Positions 25,888-39,655 of a stretch of 64,000 nt of DNA are shown one piece after another. The notes beneath the pieces are model-generated. The model saw nothing but the letters and a program-made list of their open reading frames with translations, had not been told where the DNA came from and ran no database searches. The translations under genes were made by a program, and so were the position numbers. Position 1 is the stretch's first letter; each line of letters opens with the position of its first letter. Source of the stretch: Squalus acanthias (taxonomy: Eukaryota); contig CM059432.1 of assembly GCA_030390025.1 (NCBI GenBank), positions 49,726,001 through 49,790,000 on the forward strand. The letters are read 5' to 3'.

Positions 25888-27686
25888 GGGGGGTGATTTC
25901 CCCCAGTTACTTTAGGCGCTAAAGAGCCTCTGAGGTAGCCAAGATGGGGTCTTGAGCTGCAACGTCAGTTTAACCCACGTTTAGTGCAAAATACCATCTT
26001 AAGAACATAAGAAATAGGAGCAGGAGTAGGCCATACAGCCCCTCGAGCCTGCTCCGCCATTCAATAAGATCATGGCTGATCATCGATCTCAACTCCACTT
26101 TCCCGCCTGATCTCCATATCCCTTGATTCCCCTAGAGTCCAAAAGTCTATCTATCTCAGCCTTGAATATACTCAAAGACTCAGCATCCACAGCCCTCTGG
26201 GGCAGAGAATTCCAAAGGATCACAACCCTCTGAGTGAAGAAATTCCTCCTCATCTCAGTCTTAAATGGCCTACCCCTTATCCTGAGACTATGCCCCCTAG
26301 TTCTAGACTCTCCAGCCAGGGGAAACAACCTCTCAGCATCTACCCTGTCAATCCCCTTCAGAATCTTGTATGTTTCAATGAGATCACCTCTCATTCTTCT
26401 GAACTCCAGAGAGTATAGGCCCATTCTACACAATCTCTCATCATAGGACAGCCCTCTCATCCCAGGAATCAATCTAGTGAACCTTCGTTTCACCGCCTCC
26501 AAGGCAAGTATATCCTTCCTTGGATAAGGAGACCAAAACTGTGCACAGTACTCCAGGTGTGGTCTCACCAAGGTCCTGTATAATTGTAGCAAGACTTCCT
26601 TACTCTTATACTCCAACACCCTTGCAATAAAGGCCAACATGCCATTTGCTTTCCTTATTGCTTGCTGTACCTGCATGCTAGCTTTCTGTGTTTCTTGCAC
26701 GAGGACACCCAAATCTCTCTGAGCTCCAAAGTTTCTCACCATTTAAAAAATGTTCTGTTTTTCTATCTTGTTAAAGGAGTTGAAGTGCGTGCTAGGAACG
26801 GCTGCCCCGAGGATTGTTAAGACTCTGATTGACAATTAAATTGTCTGCTAGCACTCAATAAAGAGTCTGCATTATATTTTGGTGGCTAATGATTCAATTA
26901 TCATCCTCTCCTAACAGCAATCAGCTGAACAGGAGTAAAGACGTCATTACTGAGGATTTCAAGCGCTACTTAAAGGTACGCTCAGCTTTCACTGTTCACT
27001 TGCTTGAAGAGCACGTTTGAGACACATCGGGAGACTGTCTGGGACACTTTGTCAAGACTTCACCAACACACTATCAACATTTATTCTGAAAATTCTCTAA
27101 GGACTTCACCTAAAGAGAGTGAGTGCTGTGCTACTCTACCTTATTGGGGACCTAATAGGAGTCACCAGGAGAAAGGGAGTGCATGGTCACGGGGATCTTG
27201 CTAGGGGTCCCTCCTGGTCTGGAGGAGGAATGGGAGGAGGACATAAGGCCAGGCAGGGCAGCACCAGCTGCTGCAGAAGAGAGGGACAGGAGGACGGGGT
27301 GGACTTCTTCCCCTGCGGGAACTGGACATCACTCCTACTCTGGACCTCTTCCAGCAGGACCTCCAGTGCAGCTTCTGAGAATCTGTGTGCCCTTTCCCTC
27401 GCTCCCTGAGCCATCCTGAAACGTGCCGTTGTGTGTCAGTGAGCGCACTCCGCACCTTCAGTGGAAGTGGGTGCATGGAGGCTACATATATTGCTCCACA
27501 AAAATTGCTTCTAATCAGTGCTAGACCTGTAGATGTCTGTTTTAGCGCCTACAGCCAAGTTTAAATCATGGTAACCAGCAATTAGCCCCAAAATTATGTG
27601 CTAAACCAGACTTTCAAACAGACGTGTCTTATTAGCACAGCACCCACTTAGTGCTTGTTTTCACTCAGTCCCCAAAATAACCACCC
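25888..27686. mobile_element. Internally deleted Harbinger (transposase 5' remnant + fused to Myb 5' remnant -), containing a CR1 insertion
   Basis: Imperfect TIRs GGGGGGTGATTTC / AAAATAACCACCC. MAQGARERAHRFSEAALEVLLEEV (27414, -) is the Myb start. An acidic/Arg-rich transposase-like start lies at 27183 (+). Confidence 0.7.
26001..26765 (-). mobile_element. CR1 3' fragment
   Basis: ORF 26089-26742 (RT C-terminal region), (TTCTTATG)-type tail, and ATCTT on both flanks. Confidence 0.9.
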
Positions 27687-27696
27687 AAAACTATTA

Positions 27697-27821
27697 GGCC
27701 CTGAAAATCTGTAGGTGTGCTCCTGCTTGCCTGCCTTAATTCCGCTACCCTGGGGGTTCTGGTGGTCTCCTGTCAAATTTATGGTAGGAGATCAGAAGAA
27801 ACTCCATGGGATTTCAGGGTC
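27697..27821. mobile_element. Tiny Harbinger/Tourist-like MITE (125 bp)
   Basis: TTA TSD on both sides; TIRs GGCCCTGAAAATC / GATTTCAGGGTC. Confidence 0.72.
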
Positions 27822-28659
27822 TTACTCTTTTAAGCACAGCAAGTTTCCATAAACATTAGCACATTTTATGAGCAAAGACCAACACATGGGCTTTTGTTTA
27901 TTAGTGGCTGTCCATTTAGCTATTATGATGTTGCTGTCTGACACACATTGCCCAGTTCCCTCCACCTTATTCCCTACTTTTAAAAAATCTCCTCAAATCT
28001 CTTCTCTTTGACTGTGCCTTTGGTTTCTACCCCACCTCTCTTTTTTCCCTTTTTTCCTCCTGCTTGGCGGCCTCTGTTTTGTCTTCTTAATGTTAAGTGC
28101 TTTTAGACACCTTCCTGCCCACGCACTGCGATAAAATGCAAATTATTCTTGGATTAGATCTGTTGCTCTAAAAGCAGCCCACTTTTTATGCATTGCAAAT
28201 CAAAAAGAACCTTACAGTAAACCATATAAAATCAGTATGTAAATGTAATGGTGATTGAAAAACGTGTATCTCACTAGAGAGCATAGTCCAATATTTGAAT
28301 CTCTATAATTAAAGTCTAGCATTCGTCATGGTGTGCCTTTTAAAAATGCATTGCACCTGAAAGCGTGGCATCAGAGGTGTCACAGCTTAAAGAGCAAAAA
28401 CAGTGATTGGCTGAAATAAGCACTTATTTGTGAAGTAATCAATCAACTATCTGATTAACTAAACATGACTGAATATAATAATGTAAAACAACTAACCAGC
28501 AGAAAATTAAGCAATCAAATTTACCATTCATTAATGCGCAAGTACCACAAAACATTTTCCTTCTTCATTTAGGTGAATGTCTACAATTAGAAATAATGGA
28601 GCTAAAGATTCTCAGCCCTGCTCTGCTGGTGTGTGTACAGCAGAGCAGGCGCGGTGACC

Positions 28660-29075
28660 TCCTAAAATGAATTTGGCCTTTTTTATGGCTTTATCTTCTT
28701 GCACTCGCACTTCAGGGCATTATGTACTTGAACCTCAGGTCACTTTGTTCAACCATACCTTTCAGCATCTTCCTATTGAGTGTAAACACACATTTCTTGT
28801 TTTTTTTTCTCCCAAAATGTATTACCTCACACTTATCCACGTTAAATTGCATCTATCATCTATCTGCCCATTCCACTAACCTGTCTGTCTTCCTGAAGTC
28901 ATTTATAGCCCTGCTTGCTGTCTAACAAATCTTCTACTTTCATCTGAACAGCACATTCTGAGATTGTTTCCCTCTGCCCAAGTCCAAAACACTCTCTCAC
29001 CACTTCCAGTTAATCTCCAATCTGAACAGCACTCATTTACACTAACTCCTTGTTTCCTGTCTGTCAACCAACCTT
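28660..29075 (-). mobile_element. Ancient CR1 fragment
   Basis: WLTDRKQGVSVNECCSDWR and a degraded W.D.WQM.FNVDKCEVIHFG. Confidence 0.65.
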
Positions 29076-30850
29076 GGCAGTTTTCCACATTGTCGGATAG
29101 ATGCCAGTGTTGTAGCTGCACTGGAACAGCTTGGCTAGAGGTGTGGCTAGTTCTGGAGCACATGTCTTCAGCACGATAGCCGGGATGTTGTTGAGGCCCA
29201 TAGCCTTTGCTGTATCCAGTGCACTCAGCCGTTTCTTGATATCATGTGGAATTAATCAAATTGGCTGAAGACTACCTTCTGTGATGGTGGGGACCTCGGG
29301 AGTAGGCCGATATGGATCATCCACTCGGCACTTCTGGCTGAAGATGGTTGCAAACGCTTCAGCCTTGTCTTTTGCACTCACGTGCTGGGCTCCACCATCA
29401 TTGAGGATGGGGATATTCATGGAGCTTCCTCCTCCGACTTGTTGTTTAATGGTCCACCACCATTCACGACTGGATGTGACAGGACTGCAGAGCTTTGATC
29501 TGATCCGTTGATTGTAGGATCACTTAGCTCTGTCTATAGCATGCTGCTTCTGCTTTTTAGCATGCATGTAGTCCTGTGTTGCAGCTTCCCCAGGTTGGCA
29601 CCTCATTTTTAGGTACGCCTGGTGCTGCTCCTGGCATGCTCTTCTACACTCTTATTGAACCAGGGCTGGTCCCCTGGCTTGGTGGTAATGGTAGAGTGAG
29701 GGATATGCCTGGGCCATGAGGTTACAGATTGTGGTGGAATACAATTCTTCTGATGCTGATGGCCCACAGCGCCTCATGGATGCCTAGTTTTGAGCTGCTA
29801 GATCTGTTCTGAATCTATCCCATTTAGCACGGTGGTAGTGCCACACAACAGGATGGAGGGTGTCCTCAGTGTAAAGATGGGACTTTGTCTCCACAATGAC
29901 TGTGCTACCAATGCTGTCATGGACAGATGCATCTGCGACAGGTAGATTGGTGAGGACGAGGTCAAGCAGGTTTTTCCCTCGTGTTGGTTCTCTCACCACC
30001 TGTTGCAGGCCCAGACTGGCAGTTATGTCCTTCAGGACTCGGCCAGCTCGGTCAGTAGTGGTGCTACTGAGCCACTCTTGGTGATGGACATTGAAGTCCC
30101 CCACCCAGAGTACATTCTGTGCCCTTGCTACTCTCAGTGCTTCTTCCAAGTGGTGTTCAACATGGAGGAGTACTGATTCATCAGCTGAGGGAGGGCAGTA
30201 GGTGGTAATCAACAGGAGGTTTCCTTGCCTATGCTTGACCTGAAGCCTTGAGACTTCATGGGGTCCGGAGTCAATGTTGAGGACTCCCAGGGCCACTCCT
30301 TCCGACTGTATACCACTGTGCTGCCACCCCTGGTGGGTCTGTCCTGCCGGTGGTACAGGACATACCCAGGGATGGTGATGGAGAAGTTTGGGACATTGGC
30401 TGAAAGGTATGATTCTGTGAGTATGACTGTCAGGCTGTTGCTTGACTAGTCTGTGGGACAGCTCTCCCAATTTTGGCACAAGTCCGCAGATGTTGGTGAG
30501 GAGGACTTTGCAGGGTTGACTGGGCTGGGTGTGCCGTTGCCGTGTCCATAGCCAGTGCCGAGGTCGATGCCGGATGGTTTGTCCAGTTTCATTCTTATCT
30601 TTCGTAGCGGTGAGTTACAACTAAGTGACTTGCTAGACCATTTCAGAGGGCAGTTAAGAGTCAAACACATTGCTGTGGTTCTGGAGTCACATATAGGCCA
30701 GACCGGGTAAGGACGGCTGATTTCCTTCCCTAAAGGACATTAGTGAACCAGATGGGTTTTTACGACAATCCGATAGTTTCATGGTCACCATTACTGATAC
30801 TAGCTTTTTATTCCAGATTTATTTAACTGAATTTAAATTCCCCAGCTGCA
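29076..30850 (-). mobile_element. 5' half of the ORF1-less CR1/L2-superclade LINE (UTR + APE + linker), 3' part missing
   Basis: PKLGELSHRLVKQQPD..WVGDFNVHH..EPTRGKNLLDLVLTN APE motifs. Same family as 50440-63540. Confidence 0.85.
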
Positions 30851-33469
30851 TAGTTTCAGTCAATCTCCTACCCAAAACTGGCTGGTGGGAGCACAATGTC
30901 TTGGGGCAGGAGGCCACGGGTCGTGGACCAAAGGACCAGGAGGGGCTTTGGGTGGACCTCACGATCAGGGAAGGGGGATAAGCCTGGGGCAGAGAACCTA
31001 AATGCTCCTTGTAGGGCCCAGAGGAGCATCCCTGCTCCTGCAGGCCTCACAAGGAAAGTTAAAAAATGTTCCTAGACCTTACTCCTCAATGGTTGGCCTG
31101 TTGAACAGTTTGGTAGTGAAACTTAAGGCTATTGTTATAAGGCGCTCCTTGTCTGAGAGCAGTAACTGTATTGAGTGCTTCGCAGTCGATAGCACCGCAC
31201 TAATGTCGGCTAGGAAGCTGGGCTCTGACTGTTGAGAGAGCTCCACCCCGGCCCGATTGAGAGCACAGATAAGAGTTTCTGGTTTCTCCAAACATTTTAA
31301 AAAAATCAGTTTATAAAGTAACAAATAGGACCCTAAACATTCTTTGAACTTGGCTTGACACCACACTATAGCTACATTATGTGCTGTTAAACTCAAGAGG
31401 TGTGTGATCGCCTCCGCAAGGGGATCTCACACCTCAGAAGTCAGATTGGGATCTGATGTTGAAGTAGTGATGGAAGCCACTTGACAGCAAAGCAAAAGTG
31501 ACAATGCAATTGTACTCTTAGGTCTCCTTTCAAAATAAATACCAACAACTCTTAAATGAAAAAATAATAGACACTATTGAAAGGATATTGTTCCATTGTG
31601 TATAATATTTCTGTTTCAAATTTTTAGTTTCATGTCTGTTTGAACTTCTAGAACTTGATTTCAAACAGGATTGAAGAGAATTCTGTATAGCAGATAACCT
31701 GGAGGCAGGTGAAAGTATTTTATCTGATGTCTCTCTTACTGTGATACGATAGAACAAACATGTGATGCATAGCCTTCAATTGTATAAATTATTTGAATCC
31801 CGGTTAGCCATTACAATCAGTGAATTTATTATCCACTGCTGTACTTCATTTTTATTATGACTGCTTGAATCAGTGCATATTTATCATTATTATCTTACCC
31901 ACTATCCTAGTTCAGTCTCAGGTTTCTGGTAAATAGGATGAGTCAGATATCACTTTTTTCATGGATTATTAATATTTATTGTGCAGATAGATCCTGTATT
32001 TTGTAATATTGCTCACTGTATCATCAACTAGATTCAGCCTGATGTCTTCTGAATGCAAAGGTTAGGAAGTCATTTGTTTAAAGCAATGCAGAGGTACTCG
32101 CTGGAAATAACTCATGACGCACTGCAACACTTTCAAATTATTAAATATTAAAAATAACATACATGATATTTTATAATAAAAACAGACATTGACTTTGGTC
32201 TTTAATACTGCAATTTATCTTCATTTGGACAGTTCCATTCTGCACATTCAATACTTTTTTTTTAAACAGGTTTATACTTTATTGTACAAATACTTTGTTC
32301 ATATTTTCCCAATTTTGTGAATTCAGTATTTTCAACTAACAGACATGTGAATGAAGATTAGCTCAGTGAATATGGCTAATTATCTTTCAGAATTTCAATA
32401 CAAGCATAAACTTTTCTTAGTGCAATTTCTTTTAGTGATGAGAAGTGTGTGCAATATGACACTGCTTGTTGATTATTTGTGCACCATTTGATCAGGTGAC
32501 GCTCTTGGCTACTGTATGTTTACATTGTTTTATTCCAGACTTGAAATATTGTCACTGAAATGATTTTCAGAAAAGGTACAATAAAAAGTTAGAACAAATG
32601 TTGCAGAATTTAAGTTATTCATAGTTCAATGAACAATGTCAGAAACTACAAGTCATTTCTATGCAGCAAAGGTAAATAATAACAATTGAGTCAACCTATT
32701 TGCCAAGATTACAATTTGAATTCCGGCACTAATCTGTTACATATCCAGGAGAAGAGGCAGGTAGGGGAGAAGTGCAACGGACAGCTGAGGCACCAGGGCA
32801 ATAATGGCAGTGCCATCTTATGATCAAGCACAGACAAGACATTCACTACAGGTGAGTCACCAAGACACCATTGAAAAGCATGAGCAAGCTACCATGCTTG
32901 CTTCCCTCACTGAAGTAGCGCTTAGAAGGAGCAAGATATAAAAGGGTAGATGATACATCCTTCACTATCACCAGGGAAGCAAACATTTATGCAGGGACAC
33001 ACAGGACATTCCTTGCACCTGTGGTGCAAATAGCCTGCTGGCAAAGAGTAATCCAAGATCGGGCTATTGTTAGTATTGCAGCGGCCCTCAGGTATGTGAA
33101 GGTCGGGAGATCAGCAGCCATGGGGGCGGAAGATGGGAGGCCGTGGGGAAAGGGGGGATTGGAGACTGGGTCGGGGGAGCAGTGGCCCACTTTCTTTAAA
33201 TGTGAGGTACAGCTCCACATTAAAGTAAGTAAATTTAAAAGCTTACCTTTTCAGTAGCAGGTGGTCCCAAGGACTGGTTTTATTGTGTGGTCTGTGCTGG
33301 CACCAGCTGCCTCAGGGCAAACCAATTCTAGTGTGGACTTCAAACAGATTATGTTTCAGGCGTGGGACCTGGATACCTATTTTATTCATTTCACCAATAT
33401 GGTGGGTGGCACACTTCTGGCCAGCGTGTGCACGCTTCCTGCCCACCATATTGGGGGCTTAGTGCTCAA

Positions 33470-33690
33470 AAAACAGGCATTAGTAAACCAGTTCGGTTTT
33501 TCTGACAACCCAATGGCTTCCTGGTCACTTTTTTTTAGTGATACAAAATTTTTATTTCCATATTTTCTTCTAAACTGAATTCAAAATCTCAAACTGCCTT
33601 GCGGGGGGATTTGAACTCAGTTCACTGAATTATTAGTCCAGGCCTTTGGATTTGTACAACAGTAACATAACCATGACACTACCATACACC
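33470..33690 (-). mobile_element. tRNA-like head of the same LINE/SINE family
   Basis: GGTATGGTAGTGTCATGGTTATGTTACTG..GAGTTCAAATCCC on the minus strand. Confidence 0.65.
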
Positions 33691-33831
33691 CAACTTTGTC
33701 AATATTCTGTACCTACAGAAAATGTAAATATACTTTCAAACAATGATGTGTTAAAATTATCAAGCATTTTAATTATTTCTTATAGTTGAACGTCTTTAAA
33801 ATTATCCAAGTGCAGTACAAGTTCTGTGAGT

Positions 33832-35401
33832 AATAGAAAAAGATAGGAGTAGGAGTAGGCCATTCAGCACCTCGAGCCTGCTCTGCCATTTAATGAGATC
33901 ATGGCTGATCATCCAAATTCAGTACCCTGTCCCTGCTTTCTCCCCATATCCCTTGATCCCTTTAGCCTTAAATATATCTAACTCCTTCTTGAATATATTT
34001 AATGAATTGGCCCCAACTGCCTTCTGTGGTAGAGAATTCCACAGGTTCACCACTCTCTGGGTGAAGAAATTCCTCCTCATCTCAGTCCTAAATGGCTTAC
34101 CCTTTATCCTTAGACTGTGACCCCTGGTTCTGGACTCCCTGCCATCAGGAACATCCTTCCTGCATCTAGTCTGTCTAGTCCTGTTAGAATTTTAAGTTTC
34201 AATGAGATCCCCTCTCATTCTTCTAAACTCTAGCAAATACAAGCCCAATCGTCCCAATCTCTCTTCATAAGTCATTCCTGCCATCCCAGGTATCAGTCTG
34301 GTGAATCTTCGCTGCACTCCCTCCATGGCAAGAACATCCTTCCTCAGATAAGGTGACCAAAACTGCACACAATACTCAAGGTGTGGTCTCACCAAGGCCC
34401 TGTACAACTGCAGCAAGACATCCTTGCTCCTGTACTCGAATCCTCTTGCTATGAAGGCCAACATACCATTTGCCTTCTTAACTGCCTGCTGCACCTGCAT
34501 GCTTACCTTCAACGACTGGTGCACAAGGACTCCCAGGTCTCGTTGCACTTCCCCTTTTCCCAATCTATTGCCGTTCAGATAATCTGCCTTCCTGTTTTTG
34601 CCACCAAAGTGGATAACCTCGCATTTATCCACATTATACTGCATCTGCCATGCATCTGCCCAATCACCCAACTTGTCCAAATCATACTGGAGTTTCTCTG
34701 CATCCTCCTCACAACACACACGCCCACCCGCTTTGTCATCTGCAAACTTGGAGATATTACATCTAGTTCCCTCGTCTAGATTATTAATATATATTGTGAA
34801 TAACTGGGGTCCTAGCACCGATTCCTGCGGTACCCCACTAGTCACTGCCTGCCACTCGGAAAAAGACCCGTTTATTCCAACTCTTTGCTTCCTGTCTGCC
34901 AACCAGTTCTCTATCCAAGTCAGTACCTTACCCCCAATCCCATGTGCTTTAACTTTGCACGCTAATCTCTTATGCGGGACCTTATCGAAAGCCTTCTGAA
35001 AGTCCAAATGCACCACATTCACTGGTTCTCCCTTATCTATTCTACCAGTTACATCCTCAAAAAATTCCAGTAGATTAGTCAAGCATGATTTACCTTTTGT
35101 AAATCCATGTTGACTTTGTCCGATCCTGTCACTGTTTTCCAAGTGCTCTGCTATTACATCTTTTATAATGGACTCTAGCATTTTCCCCACTACCAATGTC
35201 AGGCTTACAATTCCCCATTTTCTCTCTACCACCTTTTTTAAATAGTGGGGTTACATTAGCTATCCTCCAATCCATGGGAACTGTTCCAGAGTCTATAGAA
35301 TTTTGGAAGATGACCAGCAATGCACCTACTATTTCTAGGGCCACTTCCTTAAGTACCCTAGGATGTAGATTATCAGGCCCTGGGGATTTATCGGCCTTCA
35401 A
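33832..35401 (-). mobile_element. CR1 3' half (RT)
   Basis: ORFs 34192-35232 and 35129-35401 with SQHGF, DFQKAFDKVPH, FADD. 3' UTR hairpin region matches 220-290. Confidence 0.92.
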
Positions 35402-37921
35402 GACCTTTAATGTTCAAGGAACGTATAATACTATTGATAACATGGATCTGTGTCAATTTTGTGCAATGGTCTCCAAATTAGGGATAAGACCGTCCCCAAA
35501 TCAGGTGGATTCTGTTATTTTCTTTGCTCCATCCTGTAAAACAAAGGAATGTTGAAGAAATTTTAATGTTTTACGGTGTCAGGCCAAGAAATATCAAGTG
35601 ATACATGTCAGGAAGATGGATAAATCCACAAAAGGCTCCGAGGCATGCTCCAAGGCAGCCCTGAGCAGTGTCCAATTCACCTAAGGGAAATTCTACATGA
35701 ATGCCTTGGCTCAAGTAAAAAGAAATTACTCAAAAGATAATTTTGCTCAGATCTAGTGCAAAGAAGCATAGCTCTACCACGATCATGCAGATTCAAGAGG
35801 GATTCAAACTTAAAACAAAAAGGCAAGGTAAAGGCTGATGCAAGTCAATCTCAAAGCTTACATGCAAAACATTGACACTAGTGTTATATCGAGGCAAATA
35901 TGGGTGCATGGATACTGATACCAATAGAGAGTTGCAAGAAAGATAACATGAAGCTTGATGTAATAAATCTCAGATTTAATGCCATAAAAAGTTCTGGTGT
36001 TTGAAATAATTTATGAATCTTTGCTCTGCATTGCAGGACAACTATAGCAATTGGTAGGATTCCTAGAAATTTATTATTGCAAGCTGCTTCAAGCACTTCA
36101 ATGAGATGCTGGGATATGGCTGACCTTGTGCTATCCTGACACTCAGTCAATCCAGCTACAACAACATTGGCATGACAATTCACACTGGTGTTAATAGTAT
36201 GAGGGGTGGTCTGGCAGTTATGTTGGGAGTGTGCACATCGCTGCTCTCCAGTGCTGAATTCACTGGTAGCTTGCAGGGTCAGTAGGAAATCAGTTTATTT
36301 GCATGGGGCTGGCAGGCACCCATGACAATACGGGCCCATCTCGGGCACCCGTCTGGTCAGAAACCCTGGTGCCTGGCCACCATCAGGGAGGAGGTGTCCA
36401 GACTCCTCCCACCCCCTGCCAAGATCCCATAAAGTACACCCCTTGGCCCCATGTGCAATATTTTTAAAGGTGCCCATGTTTGGGGCTCCCCTAACCTGGA
36501 AACCCCTCCCTCCACAGGCCCACCCACCCTCTTGGAGGCTGTTTTAGCTCATCTCACTGGGTATGCCAACCTCTGGTTTTATGCCAAGTCCCTTATGGGC
36601 CAAGGAAGTGGAACTCCCAGCATAGAGAGTCCATGCCCCTGACCCTGCCTTTTCCATGTCACTGGCCTTGATGTTTGGGCATGTAGGACATCAAATGCAA
36701 CCTGAATTTCAGGAAACCACACATTCAGGATTCCTAGGGACTGACTAGTCAAGACAACAGTTCACTTAAATTGGACAGACTGTAAAGTTAAGTTTTTTTT
36801 TAAGGCAATTTTTGATCTTTATTTTCCTGCTGGCACTTAGGCTTTCATAAGCTGCATGTTCTTTATTTATTACTGGCATCGATAGATTTCCAAATGGTAA
36901 TCCACCAAACTGATATATTTAGAAGCCGACGACCTATGGAGGGATGCCAGGCAGGTTAGGCTGCACAAGAATTGCTCTGTGCCCTCCCACTAGTACCTGC
37001 ACACCCATATCTGCAGACATAGGTGAAATTACATCACTGACAGGCATATTGCTGCTCCATCCCTGTAAATTTTCCTTGCGGTTTTCTCTTTTCACCACTG
37101 TGCTCTCTAGATGCATTTAGATCTGCACTTGGACTTGAGTAATTAGACAAATGGACTTATGCTGGAAAATTGAGTGCTATGTGCACTTTCCTATTCCAGC
37201 ATTAGTTCTTAACCATTTTGAACTGAATTACAACCTGTAAATGAAACATACTCCACTATATGAAATATATCTTCAACCATAATTCAGTGCTTTGTCTAGA
37301 TGTTGCCTCAGTGGTAGGACTGTATGAGGTGTCTGGCTACTGTGTGTAAATAGGAGCCTCTTAAGATTGAAGTCTTCCTTGCCTCACATCCAGTAAATGG
37401 TACAGGCTGTGACACTTTTGCTATGGCATTGGCAGCCTGGGCCTCCATGTTTTTTTTGCACTTGTGCAAGTATAAGATGAGGCTGGTTGGAGGGTCCAGA
37501 TATGTTGGCATGCTGAGAAATAGCAGCATCGTTCATGCCTATGCTATTGGGCATTACCTTACTATGGCTACTGATCAGCAGTCCTAATGGCACCAATGAG
37601 ATCAGTGAAACCCTGCCTTGTGGTTCTCCCTAACTAATTCATATGCCTGTCAAAGCCAGAAGCAATAGCACGTTCCACTCTGGCATCCCAAGCCTCTGGC
37701 AGCAATCTGAACCTCCTTCCCTTGGGGGTTTTTGCATGGAGAGGCACTGTTGCAGATGTTCCTGGTGTTGCTAACAGCAGTGATGGACTGCAGTGTTACA
37801 AAGCTGTTCAGGATAGCTATGCACACGAGTAGTGGACCCCTCCACATGAGCAGCCAGATGCAGCACACTGTTTCCTAAGACCCTGATGTTTGCAACAAGG
37901 CTTGATGCTCAGTAAGATTCC

Positions 37922-39212
37922 AGGGGTGAAATTTGATAGCGCTAAAAAAGGGCGTAGGCACATCGGTGAGATACGCCCGTGCAAAAAGCGCAGGCAGCAC
38001 GTCAATTTGGTGCTACCTGCTAATTACCATGAAAGGAGCGCACAGCCTACTGCGGAACGTGCTTCTGACTGGCTGTGCCAGCTTAGCAGGGGCCGAAGTC
38101 TGCTCCTCTTCAAGGCAGCCTGCAGCTCTTAAAGCTGAGTTTCCTTCTACACGTAAAGAAAAAAAAATAAATACCTTCAGCACTAAGCAGTCTGCAGCTT
38201 TTAAAACTGCGCTGCCTTCTGGAGATAAAAAAAGCTAAGTGCTTCAGCACTATACACAAATAACTCAACAGGCCAGGGGAAGGGCACCCAGGGTTTGGGA
38301 CACAGCTTTGTGCAGGGGGTCAACACTGCAAGAGAGATCCTCTACCCACAGGGGCCCTCCAGAAAGGAGGATGTGGGACCAGATCACTGAGGCCAGCAGT
38401 GTCGCTCCCCCAGGACCTGGCTCCAGTGGATAAAGTTGGATTGGAAAGTTTGCTTTGAGGTGGCTTTTATTTCAGCATTGTGGGCAAGAGGATGCTGTGA
38501 TAGTCAGTAACAGAGGGAAGGTAAGGTGTGGGACAAATATTGAAAGGAGAATTGGGGTTGTGTTCACTGGTACTGCAGACAGATGATTTGATCCTGGAAA
38601 TCCCGGCCAGAAAGGGGCTGTCTGGGTTGAGTCTTCCTCTTTCTGCGTCTTCCTCCTGTGAGCAGCTTGTCCCCTTTGCTGCCTCTACTCCATCTCAATG
38701 TCATGCTGCAGCCCAAGGGGGACTGCAACTAGAGCCCCCAGGACTGGGAGCAAGTGGTGTTCTCAGAGGACTTCCTTTAAGAGCCAAAGCCTTGCAAACA
38801 TCCAGCAGCAATCTTTGCATACAACTTTTTAAATGTATTGCACTAAGCACTACTCCAATAAAATGTAAGAAAAAACACAGTCCAAAAGCAAAAATCTAAA
38901 CTTACCTGAAAGTTGTGTGTCCCTTAAAGCAGCACTGGCAGTGTCTGTTGTACTGCTGCACATGTTCTTCTGTTTGGAGAGGGTGGTATTAAGAGCGGTG
39001 ATGTCAAAAATTACAGATCGTGCATTAATTCAAGCGTTGCATGCCGATTGACATCATGATCTGGATCATTTAAATATGTGCGGTGAGCGCAGGCAACGGC
39101 AGACCTGCCCAAAATAATGGCCACCACGTTCCGCGCCGGAAGAGAGGCGGCCACCACTTTTTCTGCAAAACTGCCTATAATAGCCGGCGCTAAAGGTCCA
39201 AATTTCGCAGCC
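37922..39212. mobile_element. Degenerate non-autonomous Harbinger
   Basis: Ends AGGGGTGAAATTTG / CAAATTTCGCAGCC. The Myb-start remnant QQARGRAPR (38260-38430) matches 46570-46770 on the minus strand. Confidence 0.6.
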
Positions 39213-39655
39213 TGCTTCTTTTAAAAGTAGGACTGACGAGATTGAGATATACAGGGTCATCAGCAGAGACCCGAATCAGCTAGCCTTTCAGACGACAGAT
39301 ACCGCCTCCTGTCTCACCATTAGTTACTCCACCTTTTATATGTCTCATCCCCTCTCTCCACTAAAATCACTAAGTCCCCCAGGATGAATTTTTCTGATTT
39401 CGTGCTTTGGGAAGGATAGCGAGTGATGGCATGTAGTGCTGGAGATACTGAGGACTGGCTCTTTTTCCTCAGGCACAATTAGAAAAAGGAAAGAGGAAGA
39501 CAAGTTACCATGGTGTCCTAATGAGCAGACATTACATCTAACTTAAAATAGTAGTGACATGGTATAGAGCTTCAGGAAATGTTATGCTGACATTAATGAC
39601 AGGACAATCAGATAAGAAGGAAGACAAATTAATCTTGAGCTGGCTCCTGTCCTCC

